Made by a program: the position numbers and the translations under genes. Shown piece by piece: positions 1-12,900 of a stretch of 39,344 nt of DNA. The notes below the pieces were generated by a model. It was not told the origin of the DNA. It saw nothing but the letters and a program-made list of their open reading frames with translations, and did not search any database. The DNA comes from Chiloscyllium plagiosum (Eukaryota). Where the stretch lies: assembly GCF_004010195.1 (NCBI RefSeq), contig NC_057726.1:48171348-48210691 (forward strand), read 5' to 3'. Positions within the stretch are counted from its first letter, which is position 1. Every line of letters begins with the position of its first letter.

Positions 1-1564
1 CGTCCACAGTATTATCCTATATACAATGCCATCTTTGTCTGAAGTTGGGGAAACACATTCTCACTAATCCTCCCACACATACAATCTCCTATCACATGTG
101 TGCCCAAAGGCTTGAGCAGCTGAATTTGGCCAAGACCTGTGTACAGGCATCCCATGGAGTTCCTTGACAGAGGCCACCATGACTCAGTGTTTGGATGACA
201 ATGTTTAAATGTTGTTTGTGCATGTAGTGACTGCTGAATGATCAAAAGAACCATCCCAAATGGATCCAAGCACAGAGACGATGGTCCTTTCTGTGTTTGC
301 TGCACTAACAGCCTATGCAGGAAGAGGTGAGAAGCACAGGTGTGTGGAATCCTAGCACCAACAGCAACCTCCTACAGATATGAAACAGCCTCCTAAATGT
401 GGAGATTCCATCCTCTCGTGATGTAGTGGAAATGCAGGAAACCCACAGTCACTCATCTTCCACGGAATGCTGTGCAGATGAGAGAGGGACAGTGCCACTG
501 AACTGTTTAGAGGTGAGGGTCAGATCGCCAAGTCATGACGTTCATTGTATCTGTTATGTCTCCTCAACATCAGGATCCCCTGCAGATCATTTCTGGGGTT
601 GAATGATGGAGATCTTTGTTACTCACAGTCTAGTAAAGACAATGAGGATAATACTTCAGACAGAACAGCACCTTCTTCTTCTACAGCGTAGCAGCATCAG
701 CCAAAGCAATGGAGGCAGGATTTCTTTGTGAATCTTGTTCAATGGAAAGGAGTTGTGTGAAGTCATCTTTCACCGACTGGAAGTGTTATGGTGCTGCAGA
801 GACCAGCATCCCCTGTGTAATCCCAACTGCAAACGCAGCTCAACACTTTGATCTTTCTCCCTTATTCATGCTGATTAAGAAAAGTTAAACTTACAACTGG
901 ATGGAAGCCCTCACAACATAAGATGCTGCCTTTTTTAATCCTGACAAAGTTTCATGCTTGTATGAGTGCAACAGAAAGGATGGCAAAGGTTGTCATTCTG
1001 ACAGGATTAAAACATCGTATGTACCAAGGATGGCTTGGCTCCCTGCCTTGATACTTGTAGTTGCAGCTAATGTGACACTTGCTCACACAGTTGATGATGA
1101 AAAGTGAACACATTTGTACCAATTTGATGATGTATTTACAATGCCTTTTAATCGGGCCACCTAACTCTCCTCATAAGGTTTTATTTTGCCTTTCCTTCCC
1201 ACTATTTCTAGCTAATGTCTGCAGGTGGGGTGGAGCAAGCCTGTGACTATAGTGGAATCTGCTTATCTTGGAGTTTTGAGGAAACAATCCTGGGGACATT
1301 TGTGGTTAGAAGGCATGCTGTGAGTACCCTGATGTAGGATTAAACTGTAAAGCTTGATGTTCGACAGGATTAGGGATTGCAGGCAGGCCAGAAGTGGAAG
1401 GAGCAGGTACCTCTACAGTGCCCTGAGATGAGTCTTTGGGGGCTCTGTATGTGGAGGTGCCCACTGGCCAACGTCCCTCATATCCCTGTTGTGTAGAAGA
1501 TCATAAAGGAAGACAGTATTGCTAATGAGGGAGAGGAAAGGAAATTTACACAATGTTACAGAGA

Positions 1565-2190
1565 GCAGGGCTGAAGTGATAAATGAATCTGTTGCATTTG
1601 TTTTTTTTAAATCAAGGAAGGAAATGATGCCAAATTTTGACTGAAAGAGAAGGTAGTTGAGATATTCAGAAACTCAGCAAAGATCCTCGATCAGTACCTA
1701 CCAAACCCATGACCACTTCCATCTAGAAGAATGAGGGCAGTGTATCCATGGGAACACCATCACCTTCAAGTTCCCCTCCATGCCACTCGCCCGCCTGGCT
1801 TGGAAATATATCACAGTTCCTGGGTCAAAATCCTGGAACTCCCTCCCTAATGACATTGTGGGTCAACCCACAGTAGGTGGACTTCTGTGGTTCAAGAAGG
1901 CAGCTCACCCCCCATCTTCTCAAGGGCAACTAGGGATGGGCAATAACTGCTGGCCAGCCAGTAATGCCCAATGCCCGCATCCCACAAAATGAATAATTTT
2001 TGAAGAAATATTGGATGGGCTAAGATTTGATAACAAGGAGGTATTAGATTGGCTACATCTACTTCTAGTTGATAAGCCATCAGGACTAGATCAGATACTT
2101 TTGAGGATATTGTGAAAGAAATAAATGTGGAACTTGCAAAGGCACTGGCAGTAATCTTCTGATGACTCTTAGTGGCACCAAAGAATTGAT
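1565..2190 (+). mobile_element. Decayed CR1 LINE ORF2 fragment, split by a nested LINE 3' end at ~1667-2000
   Basis: 1565-1666 resembles AEVLNE.FA.VF; 2003-2190 resembles KEVL..L..L.VDKPSGLD...RIL.E...ELA.ALA.IF. The two halves join at g(a/g)aatatt-like junctions. Confidence 0.6.
1667..2000 (+). mobile_element. 3' end of a shark CR1/L2-group LINE
   Basis: Tail ttcaagaaggcagctcacc..cttctcaagggcaactagggatgggcaataa..catccca..aatgaat; the same tail recurs at ~23400-23515 (+) and ~28878-28985 (-). Confidence 0.8.
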
Positions 2191-2254
2191 TGATATTTTT
2201 CCATCTGTATGCAATGAAGGATATGTAGAAAATCTATTGTTGATGAGGTAGTTT

Positions 2255-3545
2255 CAGTTTGCAAATTGTTGAAGAGGCTAATTCATGAGAGGCAGAATCT
2301 GACACAACTGGCATACATGGAGCACTTACCAGATGCTGTTGTGGATTATTTTGGTGTTGGCATCAAACTGCTGAAGTCACTGATCATTGTAGTTGTGCAT
2401 GTGCCTATGGGTAATTATACCATTTCTTTCTATAGTTAGCTAATGTCTTCCAAGTGTGTTTAATCCCTTCACAGCATACAGTCAAGTTTCTTTGAAGCAC
2501 AGCTTTGAACGTCTTATTTCTTTTCTGGCTCCAGCTATTTCCCAATGTTTAATATCCCTAGGAATCCAATCATCTTCCATCCTGCAATTGTATCGCAACC
2601 AGTGAAATCAACTCTGTTCGATGAGTGCTAGCACACCTGGGACATTTGCCTTTGTGAGATCTGTCTTATTTATGGTTTTGTACTTGTAAATATCATGTAC
2701 CACAAATATCAAAGAAACGTATTGAGCTTCCTTTCTTGATAATTGTAAACCATTCAAGTTTCAAGCCATACAACAAGGCACAAAGAACCCAGGCCTCAGA
2801 AGCTGCATCTTTACCCAAACAGTCAGCTTGTTTCTCCATGACTTAGCCAAAGGTGAAAGCTGCATTCTCTGTACATGTATCCAGTCCTGTATGAAGAGTC
2901 AGGTTGTTTAACACCTTGAACCTGAGATAGCAGGATTTGCTCACCAATTCCAGCCAAGAGTCGTTCAGTGTGATCAAGGACAGAAATGTGAAACTCTGTC
3001 ACATAAGCACAGTTTTCATCATGCTTTTCATCAGGGAGAGCCAATTATAGACACAAGGGAGACAACCCATTAGCCTTTACAGCTGAGTTTCCAAGTTAAT
3101 GACTAATGTAGCATCACCAGCACTGGGGAATTCTCGAGTAAAGAAGTGCTTTTTTTTTGCCTTTACAATCTTTCCAGACTAAAAGCAGAGCTTCCTGCCT
3201 CACCTAGAATGCAGGTAAAGTCCTTTCACATCTGCAGGGAAAGCAAAGGTGTAGGAGCATGGAGAAGAAAATGCCAAACAAATTGTGAGCTCGGACTGAG
3301 CCCACGCTTCACCCTGAAATTTGTAAGAAGTGGTTCGGTCAAACTGTGTAGTACAGTGCACACTGTCATGCAAGGAATAAACAAAATGGAGGAGCTTTCC
3401 AAAATCTTCCAGAGACATGCTCTGTTAATGATAAGGTACATTTTTGTGAACCTTTTAGCATTCTTTTGCACTCAATAGCTTTCTTTCTGAAGCCTAAGAT
3501 TCAATATGCGTTTCTAACCATGCTCTCAATCTGTCCTGTGGTCTC
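2255..3545 (-). mobile_element. Decayed RTE-clade LINE (RT core to C-terminus), frameshifted
   Basis: Minus-strand motifs in RTE order: NRACLWKILE, LHDSVHCTTQFD, GVKRG, LFGIFFSMLL, AGDATLV (YADD-like), LELVSKSCYL, CALLYG, RMEDDWIPRDI, and CASCVRFCLS*ISLF (CxxCxRxCxSRIGL-like). Confidence 0.8.
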
Positions 3546-3554
3546 AAAGATCTA

Positions 3555-3770
3555 TGTGCAGGAACATCAGGTCTTTCTGTCCCTATAAGCTATTAAGAAT
3601 TGTGCCATTACATCTGTGTTGCCTCTTCCTAAAATGCCAAAATACATCAATTCACATTTGTTTGTACTAAATACCTTATACCACAGATGCTGCTGGCCAT
3701 TCTATGTCCTGCTGCAATTGATTTACACCATCCTCACTGACACTCCTGCCAAGTTCAGTAACATTAGCAT
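3555..3770 (-). mobile_element. Degenerate CR1 RT fragment
   Basis: Minus strand resembles the W...F...KCELMYFG motif seen better preserved at 6487-6675. Confidence 0.45.
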
Positions 3771-3937
3771 GACAGCTTTCTCGTTCTGTCTTCAGTTTAA
3801 TCTTCAGTTTAAAAAAACAACCATTTACTGCGACTTGATATTTTATGTCCTTAAGATAACTTTTTATCAACTGGAAAGGAACATAGTGCGCAGTCCACCT
3901 CACCAATTTGCTAAAGTTAGAAGAACTATGATTGATA

Positions 3938-4155
3938 CTCAGTGTGGGTATGGAATGAGCTGTCAGAGGAAGTGGTGGAGGCTGGGGAAATTGCAGCATT
4001 TAAAAGGTATCCGGATGGGTATATGAATAGGAAGGGTTTCAAGGGATATGTGCCAAGTGCTGGCAAATGGGACTAGGTTAGGTTAGGATATCGGGTCGGC
4101 ATGGACGAGTTGGACTGAAAGGTCTGTTTCTGTGCTGTATATCTCTATGACTCTA
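3938..4155 (+). mobile_element. CR1 (HER1-type) LINE 3' end
   Basis: tggaatgagctgtcagaggaagtggtggaggc...ggcatggacgagttggactgaaaggtctgtttctgtgctgtat ending in ctctatgactcta repeats. Confidence 0.85.
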
Positions 4156-4323
4156 AAACTAACTAGAATAAGAAGCTCTAGAGACATCCCCACACTCAAA
4201 AATGGGTGAACTGAACAGTCACTGCAAGTGATTGAGACATTTTCAATCCCTTTCTGATAGAACAGCGAAAGGGATGATCCATCTTATTCTTCTTCTGTTG
4301 TACCCTGCATCACAGATGTCAGT

Positions 4324-5324
4324 TGTTATGATCCCAGCTGATTTATTACTGGATTGGGTTCATAAAGCATGGAGCTGGAAAAGGCACAGCAAGTCAAGCA
4401 GCATCCAAGGAGCAAGAGAGTCAATGTTTCGGGCAGGACACTTCTTCAGTCCTGAAGAATCTGCAGTCCCCATTGTCTCCTTATTACTGGATAGGTCATA
4501 TTCCAGACTGAAACCTGACTTGATAGATCATAATTTGTTTATTTTGGTTTGAACAAAGTGGTCTGTCACTGCAACAAAAGCACACAATGCTGCACATTTT
4601 AACAGAAGAGCATAAGTTTATTGACATAAGAAATGAAAATAAACCAAACCAAACCATTTACTTAAAAAATAAAATTCAAAGGTTCTTAAACAAACAACAA
4701 AAGTTTAATCCCATTAATTCTAAACACTCCTTTATAAATTGATAAGCAAAACTGCATTTTTATCTATTATCCCAAAACATAAAACGTACTCAAACCAGAG
4801 CTCCCGTTTATAACACTTCGATAGGTTTAGGCCACTTGTGACTTTAATTTATAGACTGGAGCTGCAGATGGCTTCTTTCTGGAGCCATTATAAATTTGAG
4901 CTTAAACCTACTCAACTTCAAGTAACGTCTTCAGAGTTTTATACTAACAAGCTGGTCTAGGCTGAAAAGTAACTGCTCAAAAATCAAAGGAAAATGAAAC
5001 GAAGACCTCTTTCTACATAAGCTGTGGGTGTTTCTCTTCAGTTTAAAATATGTTTTAGGAATTTCTCACAAACCTTCAGGCCTGATTATTTATCTTGCAG
5101 GGTCACAAGACAATCTATGGTAAACAAAAATCCATTGGTGGTCGTCAAATTCCTCCCACAAACTGATTTAATAGAAATCACCATGGCTACAAAAGAACTA
5201 CCAATTAATTATTAACTTCAGATGCACAGAAAAGCCCATGTCTCTCACTAATCCAGAATTTAAGAACTCAAACTTCCAATAAATTATTCTTATAATAAAT
5301 GTAAATCATATAGTTTATATCACA
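4324..5324 (-). mobile_element. Solo LTR (Gypsy/ERV-type) containing a nested PLE insert
   Basis: TGTTAT...ATCACA termini; perfect 4-bp TSD CAGT at 4320-4323 and 5325-5328; AATAAA on the minus strand near 4617. Confidence 0.75.
4365..4480. mobile_element. Short PLE-derived fold-back insert with degenerate hammerhead-like core
   Basis: Direct repeat ttattactggat at 4343-4354 and 4481-4492; minus strand ctgaagaagtgtcctgcccgaaacattg; fold-back ttcttcag-tc-ctgaagaa; tail atctgcagtccccattgtctcc. Confidence 0.75.
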
Positions 5325-5509
5325 CAGTCTTTATACAGTTTATTTCACTTGATGTTGTAAAACATTTATTACAAATCCTCTCTTTAAAGGGAAACTTTAA
5401 AGGTCATCTGTCAGCATGCCAACATCACAGGGATGATTAGGATTAAGTTGTAATGATCAATGACATAGTTCAGAATTGGTTTTGGCTGGGAGTTACAATC
5501 TTCAAACAC

Positions 5510-5790
5510 ACAAAAACAGAAGTTGTTGGAAAGACTCAGCAGGCCTGGAAGCATCTGTGGAGAGAGAAATAGAGTTAACATTTTGAGTCAGTAAAACTCT
5601 TCTTCAGACTATCCTCAGTCTGTAGTAACGCTGCACCTCACCCATTGGTTCTGAAAAAGGGACACTGGACTCGAAACATTAACTTTGTTTCTCCCTCCAC
5701 ATCTACTGCCTGAACTTTTGAGTTTCTAGAACAATCTCTGTTCTTGTGTGTTTCAGATCTCCAGCATCTGCAGTTCTGTGTTTTGTTTTA
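5510..5790. mobile_element. Older PLE-derived inverted pair of terminal repeats with 3' tail
   Basis: 5510-5610 is an imperfect reverse complement of 5650-5745; degenerate ctgaaaaaggg..ctcgaaacatt core; tail ccagcatctgcagttctgtgttttg. Confidence 0.7.
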
Positions 5791-5852
5791 TTATCTGCAA
5801 AGTTGGTCAATGCAGGAGGTGTACAGGCAGAATTTTATGATTGCAGATGTCT

Positions 5853-6918
5853 TTACATCGAACAATACAGCACAGGATCAGGCCCTTCAGCCTACAATAT
5901 CTGTGACAACCACGCTGCCATTCTAAACTAATCCCATCTGCTTGTGCATGATATTACTCTATTCCCTGCCTGTGTCTGTCTAAATGTCTCTTGAACTTAG
6001 TAATGCATCTTCTCCTAATACCTCCCCTGGCAACGTGTTCCAGACACATACCACCTCTATGGAAAAAAATTGCCCTCACACATCTCCTTTAACATATCCC
6101 CTCTCATCCTAAACCTGTGACCCTTAGTATTTGACATTCCCACACTGGGGAAAAGACTCTATCTATCTACCCTATCCATACCTCTCATAATTTTTAATAC
6201 TTCTATCGGGTCATCCCTCAGCCTCTGACTCTCCAGATAGCTAATATATTCCCTTCCAGGCACCATTCTGATAAACCTCTTTTACACCATCTCCATAGCC
6301 TCCATATTCTTCAGTGACCAGAACTGCAAAAATGCTCGAACTGTGGCTTAACTCATCTTAATTAGCTGCAATATGACTTACCAACCTTATACTCAAACTG
6401 ATGAAAGCAAGCTTGCCATTGCTTTATTAACTCATCCACTGATGTTGCCACTTTCAGGGAGCTGTGGACTTGCACCCCAAGATCCCTCAGTATATCAATG
6501 CTCCTAAGGGTCCTGCTTTTACTGTAAACATTCCTCTTGCATTTGACCTCACAAAATGCATTGCCTCACACTTGTCCAGATTAAACACCATTTGCCATTT
6601 CATCAGCCAGCTTTCCAAATGCTTGGTAGTCAGCTGTACCTTTGCAACCTTCCTCACTATCCACAACTCCAGCAATTTTTATGTCATCCGCAAGTATACC
6701 GATTAGACCACTTACATTTTCATCTAAACCATTTGTATCACAAACAACAGAGGGCCCCGCACTGATCATTGGACAGCACCACTGGTTACAGATTTCTAGT
6801 GAGAAAAACAGCCCTCGACAAATACTTCCTCTCTTCTATGACCAAGCCAATGTTGTATCTAACTGCCAACTCACAATGGATCCCATACGACTTAATCTTC
6901 TGGACCAGCCTGCCATGA
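5853..6918 (-). mobile_element. 5'-truncated CR1 LINE (RT C-terminal half plus 3' UTR)
   Basis: ORFs 6581-6769 (LADDIKIAGVVDSEEGC, FADD motif) and 6487-6675 (KWQMVFNLDKCEAMHF); CR1 tail at 5853-5900. Confidence 0.9.
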
Positions 6919-7235
6919 GGATGGAAATCAAGAGAATATTTTCCATTTATAGAGGAGCCTAGACATGGTTCAAAACTTAAGCATCTTCCATTTAAGTCTG
7001 GGATGAGAATATTCTTCACAAAGGATCAATACTGAGTGGAATTTTCTTCACAAGACGGTAGTGTATGCTAGGTAACTGAATATATTCAGTTCTACATATT
7101 TTTGATCGATAAGAAAGTCTAGGGTTATGGGTCCAGAGAGGAAAGGAGTCAACTCCAGATCAGCCATTGTGTTATCGAATGATGGAGAAGGCATCAGAGG
7201 CTGAATAGCTTATTCCTGTTCTTTTTTCTCTTACT
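6919..7235 (+). mobile_element. Degenerate CR1 3' end (different subfamily)
   Basis: ccatttaag..gatgag..ttcttcac..gtggaatt..gatcagccat..gaatgatggagaaggc..aggctgaatagcttattcctgttc. Confidence 0.7.
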
Positions 7236-7244
7236 CGTGTGCTC

Positions 7245-9288
7245 ACCACAATCTGTATTCCCTGACTATCAGCTCCCGCAACCTCCATTCCCCGACTATC
7301 AGCTCCCATAACCTCCATTCCCCGACTATCAGCTCCCGCAACCTCCATTCCCTGACTATCGGCTCCCGCAACCTCCATTCCCCGACTATCAGCTCCCGCA
7401 ATGTCCATTCCCTATCAGCTCCCGCAATCTCCATTCGCTGACTATCAGCTCCCACAAACTCCATTCCCTATCAGCTCCCGCAATCTCCATTCCCTGACTA
7501 TCTCCTCCCACAATCTCCATTCCCTATCAGCTCCCACAATCTCCATTCTCTGACTATCAGCTCCCGCAATCTCCATTCCCTATCAGCTCCCACAATCTCC
7601 ATTCTCTAACTAACAGCTCTCACATTCTCCATTCGCTGACTATCAGCTCCTGAAATCTCTGTTCCCTATCAGCTCCCACAATCTCCATTCTCTGACTATC
7701 AGCTCTCACAATCTCCATTCCCTATCAGCTCCCACAATCTCCATTCTCTGACTATCAGCTCCCACAATCTCCATTCCCTGTCAGCTCCCACATTCTCCAT
7801 TCTGTGTCAGCTCCCACAATCTCCATTCCCTGTCAGCTCCCACAATCTCCATTCCCTGTCAGCTCCCACAATGCCCATTACCTGTCTATCAGCTCCCACA
7901 ATCTCCATTCCTGACTATCAGCTCCCGCGATCTCCACTCTCTGACTATCAGCTCCCACATTCTCTATTCCCTGACTATCAGCTCCCACAATCACCATTCC
8001 CTATCAGCTCCTGAAATCTCCACTCTCTGACTATCCATTCCCACAATCTCCATTCCCTATCAGCTCCCGCCCCACCCGCTCTACCAACGTCCATTCCCTG
8101 ACTACCAGCTCGCACAATCTCCATTCCGTGTCAGCTCCCACAATCTCCATTCCCTCACTATCATCTCCCACAATCTCCATTCTCTGACTATCAGCTCCCG
8201 CAATCTCCATTCCCTATCAGCCCCCACAGTCTCCATTCCCTGATTATCAGCTCCCACTATCTTCATTCCCTATCAGCTCTATCAATGTCCATTCCCTGAC
8301 TATCAGCTCGCACAATCTCCATTCCGTGTCAGCTCCCACAATCTCCATTCCCTCACTATCATCTCCCACAATCTCCATTCTCTGACTATCAGCTCCCGCA
8401 ATCTCCATTCCCTATATTCCGACTATCAGCTTGCACAATCTCCATTCCCCATCAGCTCCCACAATCTCCATTCCCTGTCTGCTCCCACAATCTTCATTCC
8501 CTACCATCTCCCACAATCTCTATTCCCTCACTATCATCTCCCACAATCTCCATTCCGACTATCAGCTTGCACAATCTCCATTCCCCATCAGCTCCCACAA
8601 TCTCCATTCCCTGACTATCAGCTCCCACAATCTCCATTCCCTATCAGCTCCCACATTCTCCATTCCGTGTCAACTCCCACAATCTCCATTCCCTGTCTGC
8701 TCCCACAATCATCATTCCCTATCAGCTCCCACAATCTTCATTCACTGTCAGCTCCCACAATCTCCATTCCCTGACTATCCGCTCCCACAATCTCCATTCC
8801 CTGACTATCATCTCCTACAATCTCCATTCCCTGAATATCAGCTCCAGCAATCTCCACTCCCTGTCAGCTCCTACAATCTTCATTCCCTATCAGTTCCCAC
8901 TATCTTCATTCCCTGACTATCAGCTCCCACAATCTCCATTCCCTATCAGCTCCACAATCTCCATTCCCTGACTATCAGCTCCACAATCTCCATTCCCTAT
9001 CAGCTCCACAATCTCCATTCCCTATCAGCTCCACAATCTCCATTCCCTGACTATCAGCTCCCACAATATCCATTCTCTGACTATCAGCTCCCACAATCTT
9101 CGTTCCCTATCAGCTCCCACAATCTCCATTCCCTCGCGGCTCCTGAAATCTCCATTCTCTGACTATTCGCTTCCACAATCTCCATTCCCTGACTATTAGC
9201 TCCCACAATCTCCATTCCGTCAGCTCCCGCAATCTCCATTCCCTGACTATCAGCTCCCACAATTCCATTCTCTGACTATCAGCTCCAT
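7245..9288. repeat. ~2 kb minisatellite of interspersed 30-bp and 26-bp units
   Basis: Unit (CTGA)CTATCAGCTCCCACAATCTCCATTCC, roughly 70 copies by length; very C-rich and G-poor on the plus strand. Confidence 0.97.
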
Positions 9289-9339
9289 TGATTTTATGTC
9301 TATGGTTGTATCAAACATTTTTTTTGTCCTTGCACCCAG

Positions 9340-9612
9340 AGATTCCAACCCGATTTTCCTGACATCACAAAGACCACCTCTTTACACTTTGCCATCAAGG
9401 CTTGATATGACTGATGCCTCAGTTCAAAGCTCCATCACTGCCATTGCTGCCTCTGGACTGAACTTTCCAATATTCTCATAGCTCTTTTCTCATCTTCCAA
9501 TCTGCACAGAGTGGAGATCATTTAAAACTCTACTGTCCGCGCTCTGCCTTGCACCAATAACCCTTCACCCATCAATCCTTGTAACTCACTAACATACTTT
9601 GGTACCTGATTC
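9340..9612 (+). mobile_element. Degenerate L2 LINE ORF2 C-terminal fragment
   Basis: Resembles L2 SRLDYSN.LL..LP...L..L..IQN.AAR.L......ITP.L..LHWLP (tctggactgaactttccaatattctc...cccatcaatccttgtaactcactaacatactttggtacctg). Confidence 0.55.
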
Positions 9613-9754
9613 AGTAACGCCTTGGTTTTGGAATTCTCATCCCCAATGCAGAACGGGAAAATGTGGCTGAAGTGTCATCTGCAATGTGGTTGGAGTTCAG
9701 GAAGAATTACCCTCACACTTAGACATTTTGCCAGATTGTGTAGAATTCAAAAAA

Positions 9755-10012
9755 TTATTTGGATTTATATAGCGCCTTTCCTCTTTTCAAAACTTCCAAA
9801 TTATTTTCCACAGCTTTTTTAAAACTATTATCACTGTTATAATGTTGAACAAGTCAGCATGTAATCTGCATATGGCAAGATCCGAATAGGATAATGGCTA
9901 GATCATCTGTCTTAATGACAGTGGTTGGAAGATAAATATTGGTAAGGACATCAGGGAGGAGCCCCTGCTTCTCTTCAATCTTGCCATAACTACCTTTACA
10001 CCCACCGAAGAG
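9755..10012 (-). mobile_element. SacSINE1/DeuSINE-type SINE, 3' part
   Basis: Reverse-complement similarity to 18500-18775 (gaagagaagcagggg.., ccaatatttatc, aaaggcgctatataaat). Confidence 0.7.
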
Positions 10013-10089
10013 TCACACGTGGAACAAATTGTTGCAATTTCTTGACTGAGGCTTAAAGCCAAAGACGCAAGGGAGCTGTAATTAATAAG

Positions 10090-10580
10090 TTGTGGGCCAT
10101 TCCCTCTCCAGGGGAAACACCTTTGATGCCTATTTTACATCAACCTTGTCCCACTCTCACTGAACACATTTGCTTTTTCCAGTTTACAAGTAGATTCTGG
10201 CACGTGACTAACTCCAGCTCAGCATTCATATCTCATTGTGACCCATCTAAAGCCCAAACATTATGGAGTTTCTCACGTCTGTCCTGATAACCAACAATCT
10301 TCAGGTTTTTATCCCAGTCAGTGCTCCCCTGCCGCACTTGAGGACTTACATTCACTCACCTGTCACATTTGAACAATGGAGCACAGGACTGGGGAGTATT
10401 GGCTCTGAGCTGCTATACACGCGTGTTGGCAGCTACATTTGCAGCATTCCTTCAGGTGCTTTTCATAGTGCTGACAGCTCTGGGACCACTCACTCGGAGA
10501 TGCCACACACATTTCAGGCTCACCGTTGTGATGGGTTCAGCTCAAACATTGTCGTTTCCCTTTGGAATGAAATACTTGCT
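10090..10580 (+). mobile_element. Possible very old Harbinger transposase remnant
   Basis: Weak motif echoes: AAFLQV (AGFPQV-like) then RCDGFSSNI (NRKGFHSLNV-like). Confidence 0.25.
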
Positions 10581-12329
10581 TTAACCTTGAATCTACATTA
10601 GCCTGATAAATGCAGTTGGCCCATGAAGGCCCTCACATGCCCACAAATAAAGGAGCAAATTTACTCATGTCCAATCTAGGTGCGCCAGCCATCGTTTTAT
10701 ACCCAGTTGAGAACTGGATGAAGATAGAAGCATTTACACATTATTTCTGAGAATGAGCTGCAGGCTTTGCTTCTTAATCTAGGTAATCCCAAAGTTTCAT
10801 GATCCCCTCTGCATTGCAATTTCTTAACCACCCCCACCTCCCACACTCCCCCACCTAAATCAGGTTTGAGCCTCCCCACATTCCCAATCTGGCCTTTTCT
10901 TTTTTCAACAAACCCCACTCTCCCACACACCGACATCCTCGAGCAAGCCCGAAGCCCACTAGGTATCAATCTCATGCATTGCCTCCCAGTGAAACCAGAC
11001 TGGTGGTGATCATCAATGATCCCTCCTCCTCAATTACCCCATTCTTTCCAATGTTATGTCACCTTTCATTATATCTAGCGTTGTTCCCTTTACAATGATC
11101 ATCCACTCCACATCCACATGCTCCCTCTAACCTTGCACTTGAGATCGCCAACACAGGTCTTCCCCAATAACACTTTTTGACATATAGTAAACAAATCCCC
11201 AGAGCAGATCATGAGCAACCAATAGATCTGGAAGGACAGACCTCCCCGAGAATAGATCAGTCCCCTGACTGATTTCTGTGCAGCTCCATGACTTTCCTTC
11301 TGGTAATTCCTGGTTTGGTTAGACCTCGAGCTACAAGACTGACTATGGCCCAAACCCTGAAATGTTGGGAGACAGATCCATGGATCATGCCCACAGCAAA
11401 CAGCTAGGTGACGAGGACCAGCTACCTGGACTGAGATTGGATGTTGCTCACTGATACTACCTAAATGACCATAGTCCCCTTTGACAGGACTAAGGATTAT
11501 TACCCTTGGATATTAAGATATCATCATTTGGTTAAAGCACATGTAGTAATGTGTTAGTTGCTAACACATGCTGTAGGTGTGACATTAAAGCAGTATGATG
11601 CTCTCCTTGATTGGTAATTGCTGCAAACATGGCAAGCTTCCTGGATTTCTTGTTGCGCTAAAACACAAGGTAAGATAGAGCAACTGTGAGCCTATAAGAT
11701 CTTACTGAAGCAGCAACATGCTGAAAGGCAAGGCAAAGCAGAGGTGCGGTGAGCATGCAAGTTAGTGCAAGTGAGTGAAAACTTAGAAAGCAAACAAAGA
11801 GCCTTGAGATGCATCCTGCTCCAGTGGAGGAAATAGGTATCTGTCGCTACACATATAGTGGGTGGCAGCAACCTTGCAATGGAGGGCATCAGTACACTCC
11901 AATATACAGAGCTGAACTGCCGAATAGTATTATAAGTTAGTCCAAGATGTGCCGTGATGATGTAGTGATACTGGTGCTTCTGCAGATGTTGATGTCTGTG
12001 GATGGAAGTTCAAGATGGTTTCTGCCCCTGAGGTGTATTGTGGCAATGATAGTTAACATGAACACATGGAGAAAGGTCTGGTGAGCTGCAGCTTTCAGAT
12101 ACTTGATGTTCAAATCAAGAATTGATGCATTCTGGTTCTCACTGGAATACTGACCAGTATATAATTGAGGCAGGATTAGATAACGATGAAAGGTTAATAC
12201 ATGCAAACAGACCTCTCTCTCTGCTTCATTATAAAAAAAATCTTACTAATCATTGAAACCTTAAGGGGAAAATTCGACTTTCTTTTAATCAATGTCAAGG
12301 AACCTCTTTTTAAAAAATTTTTGCTGTAT

Positions 12330-12900
12330 TTTTCTAATGTTCTTGCCAGTGACCACATTGTCCAGAAAAAAGGGAAACTCCATTTTGGATACCAACCCAA
12401 GCATACCCTACTTAATTAATTCTCTATTTTAACAGCCTCCATTCAATTGTCACTTTTCTCTTTTTTGGAGAAAATGCTTTAGCCAGTTTAATCTTTCTCA
12501 ATTCTTTCCAACTGGCAATTCTGGTACCATGCCGATATATCGAGTTTCAACTTTCCTGTTTCCTTGTCATCTTCTTTCTAATTTAAAGATCATAGATGCA
12601 CACAGTCTTCCCAAATGTGGTAGAATCAAGCTTCTTTGAAATTAAATGTAACTTCTGTACTTTTCAATATTATTCATCTCAAAATAATTTCATGGTTCTG
12701 TTAACATTTTTATAGCCTTGTTAATCTGTAGTGCTAGTTTTAATGATTTATGAATCTTTGTTCATAAAACCCTTTGTTCATTGACCCGATTTACAATATT
12801 ATTTTCCATGGAATGTGTGACCTCCTTAGTCTTCCTACAAAAATAAAGCTCCTTAAAATTACCTGCATCAAAATTAATTTGTATCCATTCAGTTTATCTC
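12330..12900 (-). mobile_element. Highly degenerate CR1-like remnant
   Basis: cacagtcttcccaaatgtggtagaatcaag...tttttatagccttgttaatctg parallels the minus-strand CR1 at 6310-6440. Confidence 0.35.

Noticed and set aside
1..1500. Short ORFs and an 11-bp inverted repeat (ttttaatcctg/caggattaaaa, ~933-1011)
   Set aside because: No recognisable motif order or TSD; probably decayed transposon sequence that I cannot assign.
5853..7235. Twin-priming inversion of a single CR1
   Set aside because: Both pieces have their own, different 3' tails, so they are two insertions.
7172..8916. Repetitive ORFs (MEVAGADSRG repeats; 161-aa Ser/Pro/His-rich ORF)
   Set aside because: Translations of the minisatellite; the 26-bp units break the frame.
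7245..9288. CRISPR-like array
   Set aside because: Units abut with no unique spacers, there are no cas genes, and the context is vertebrate.
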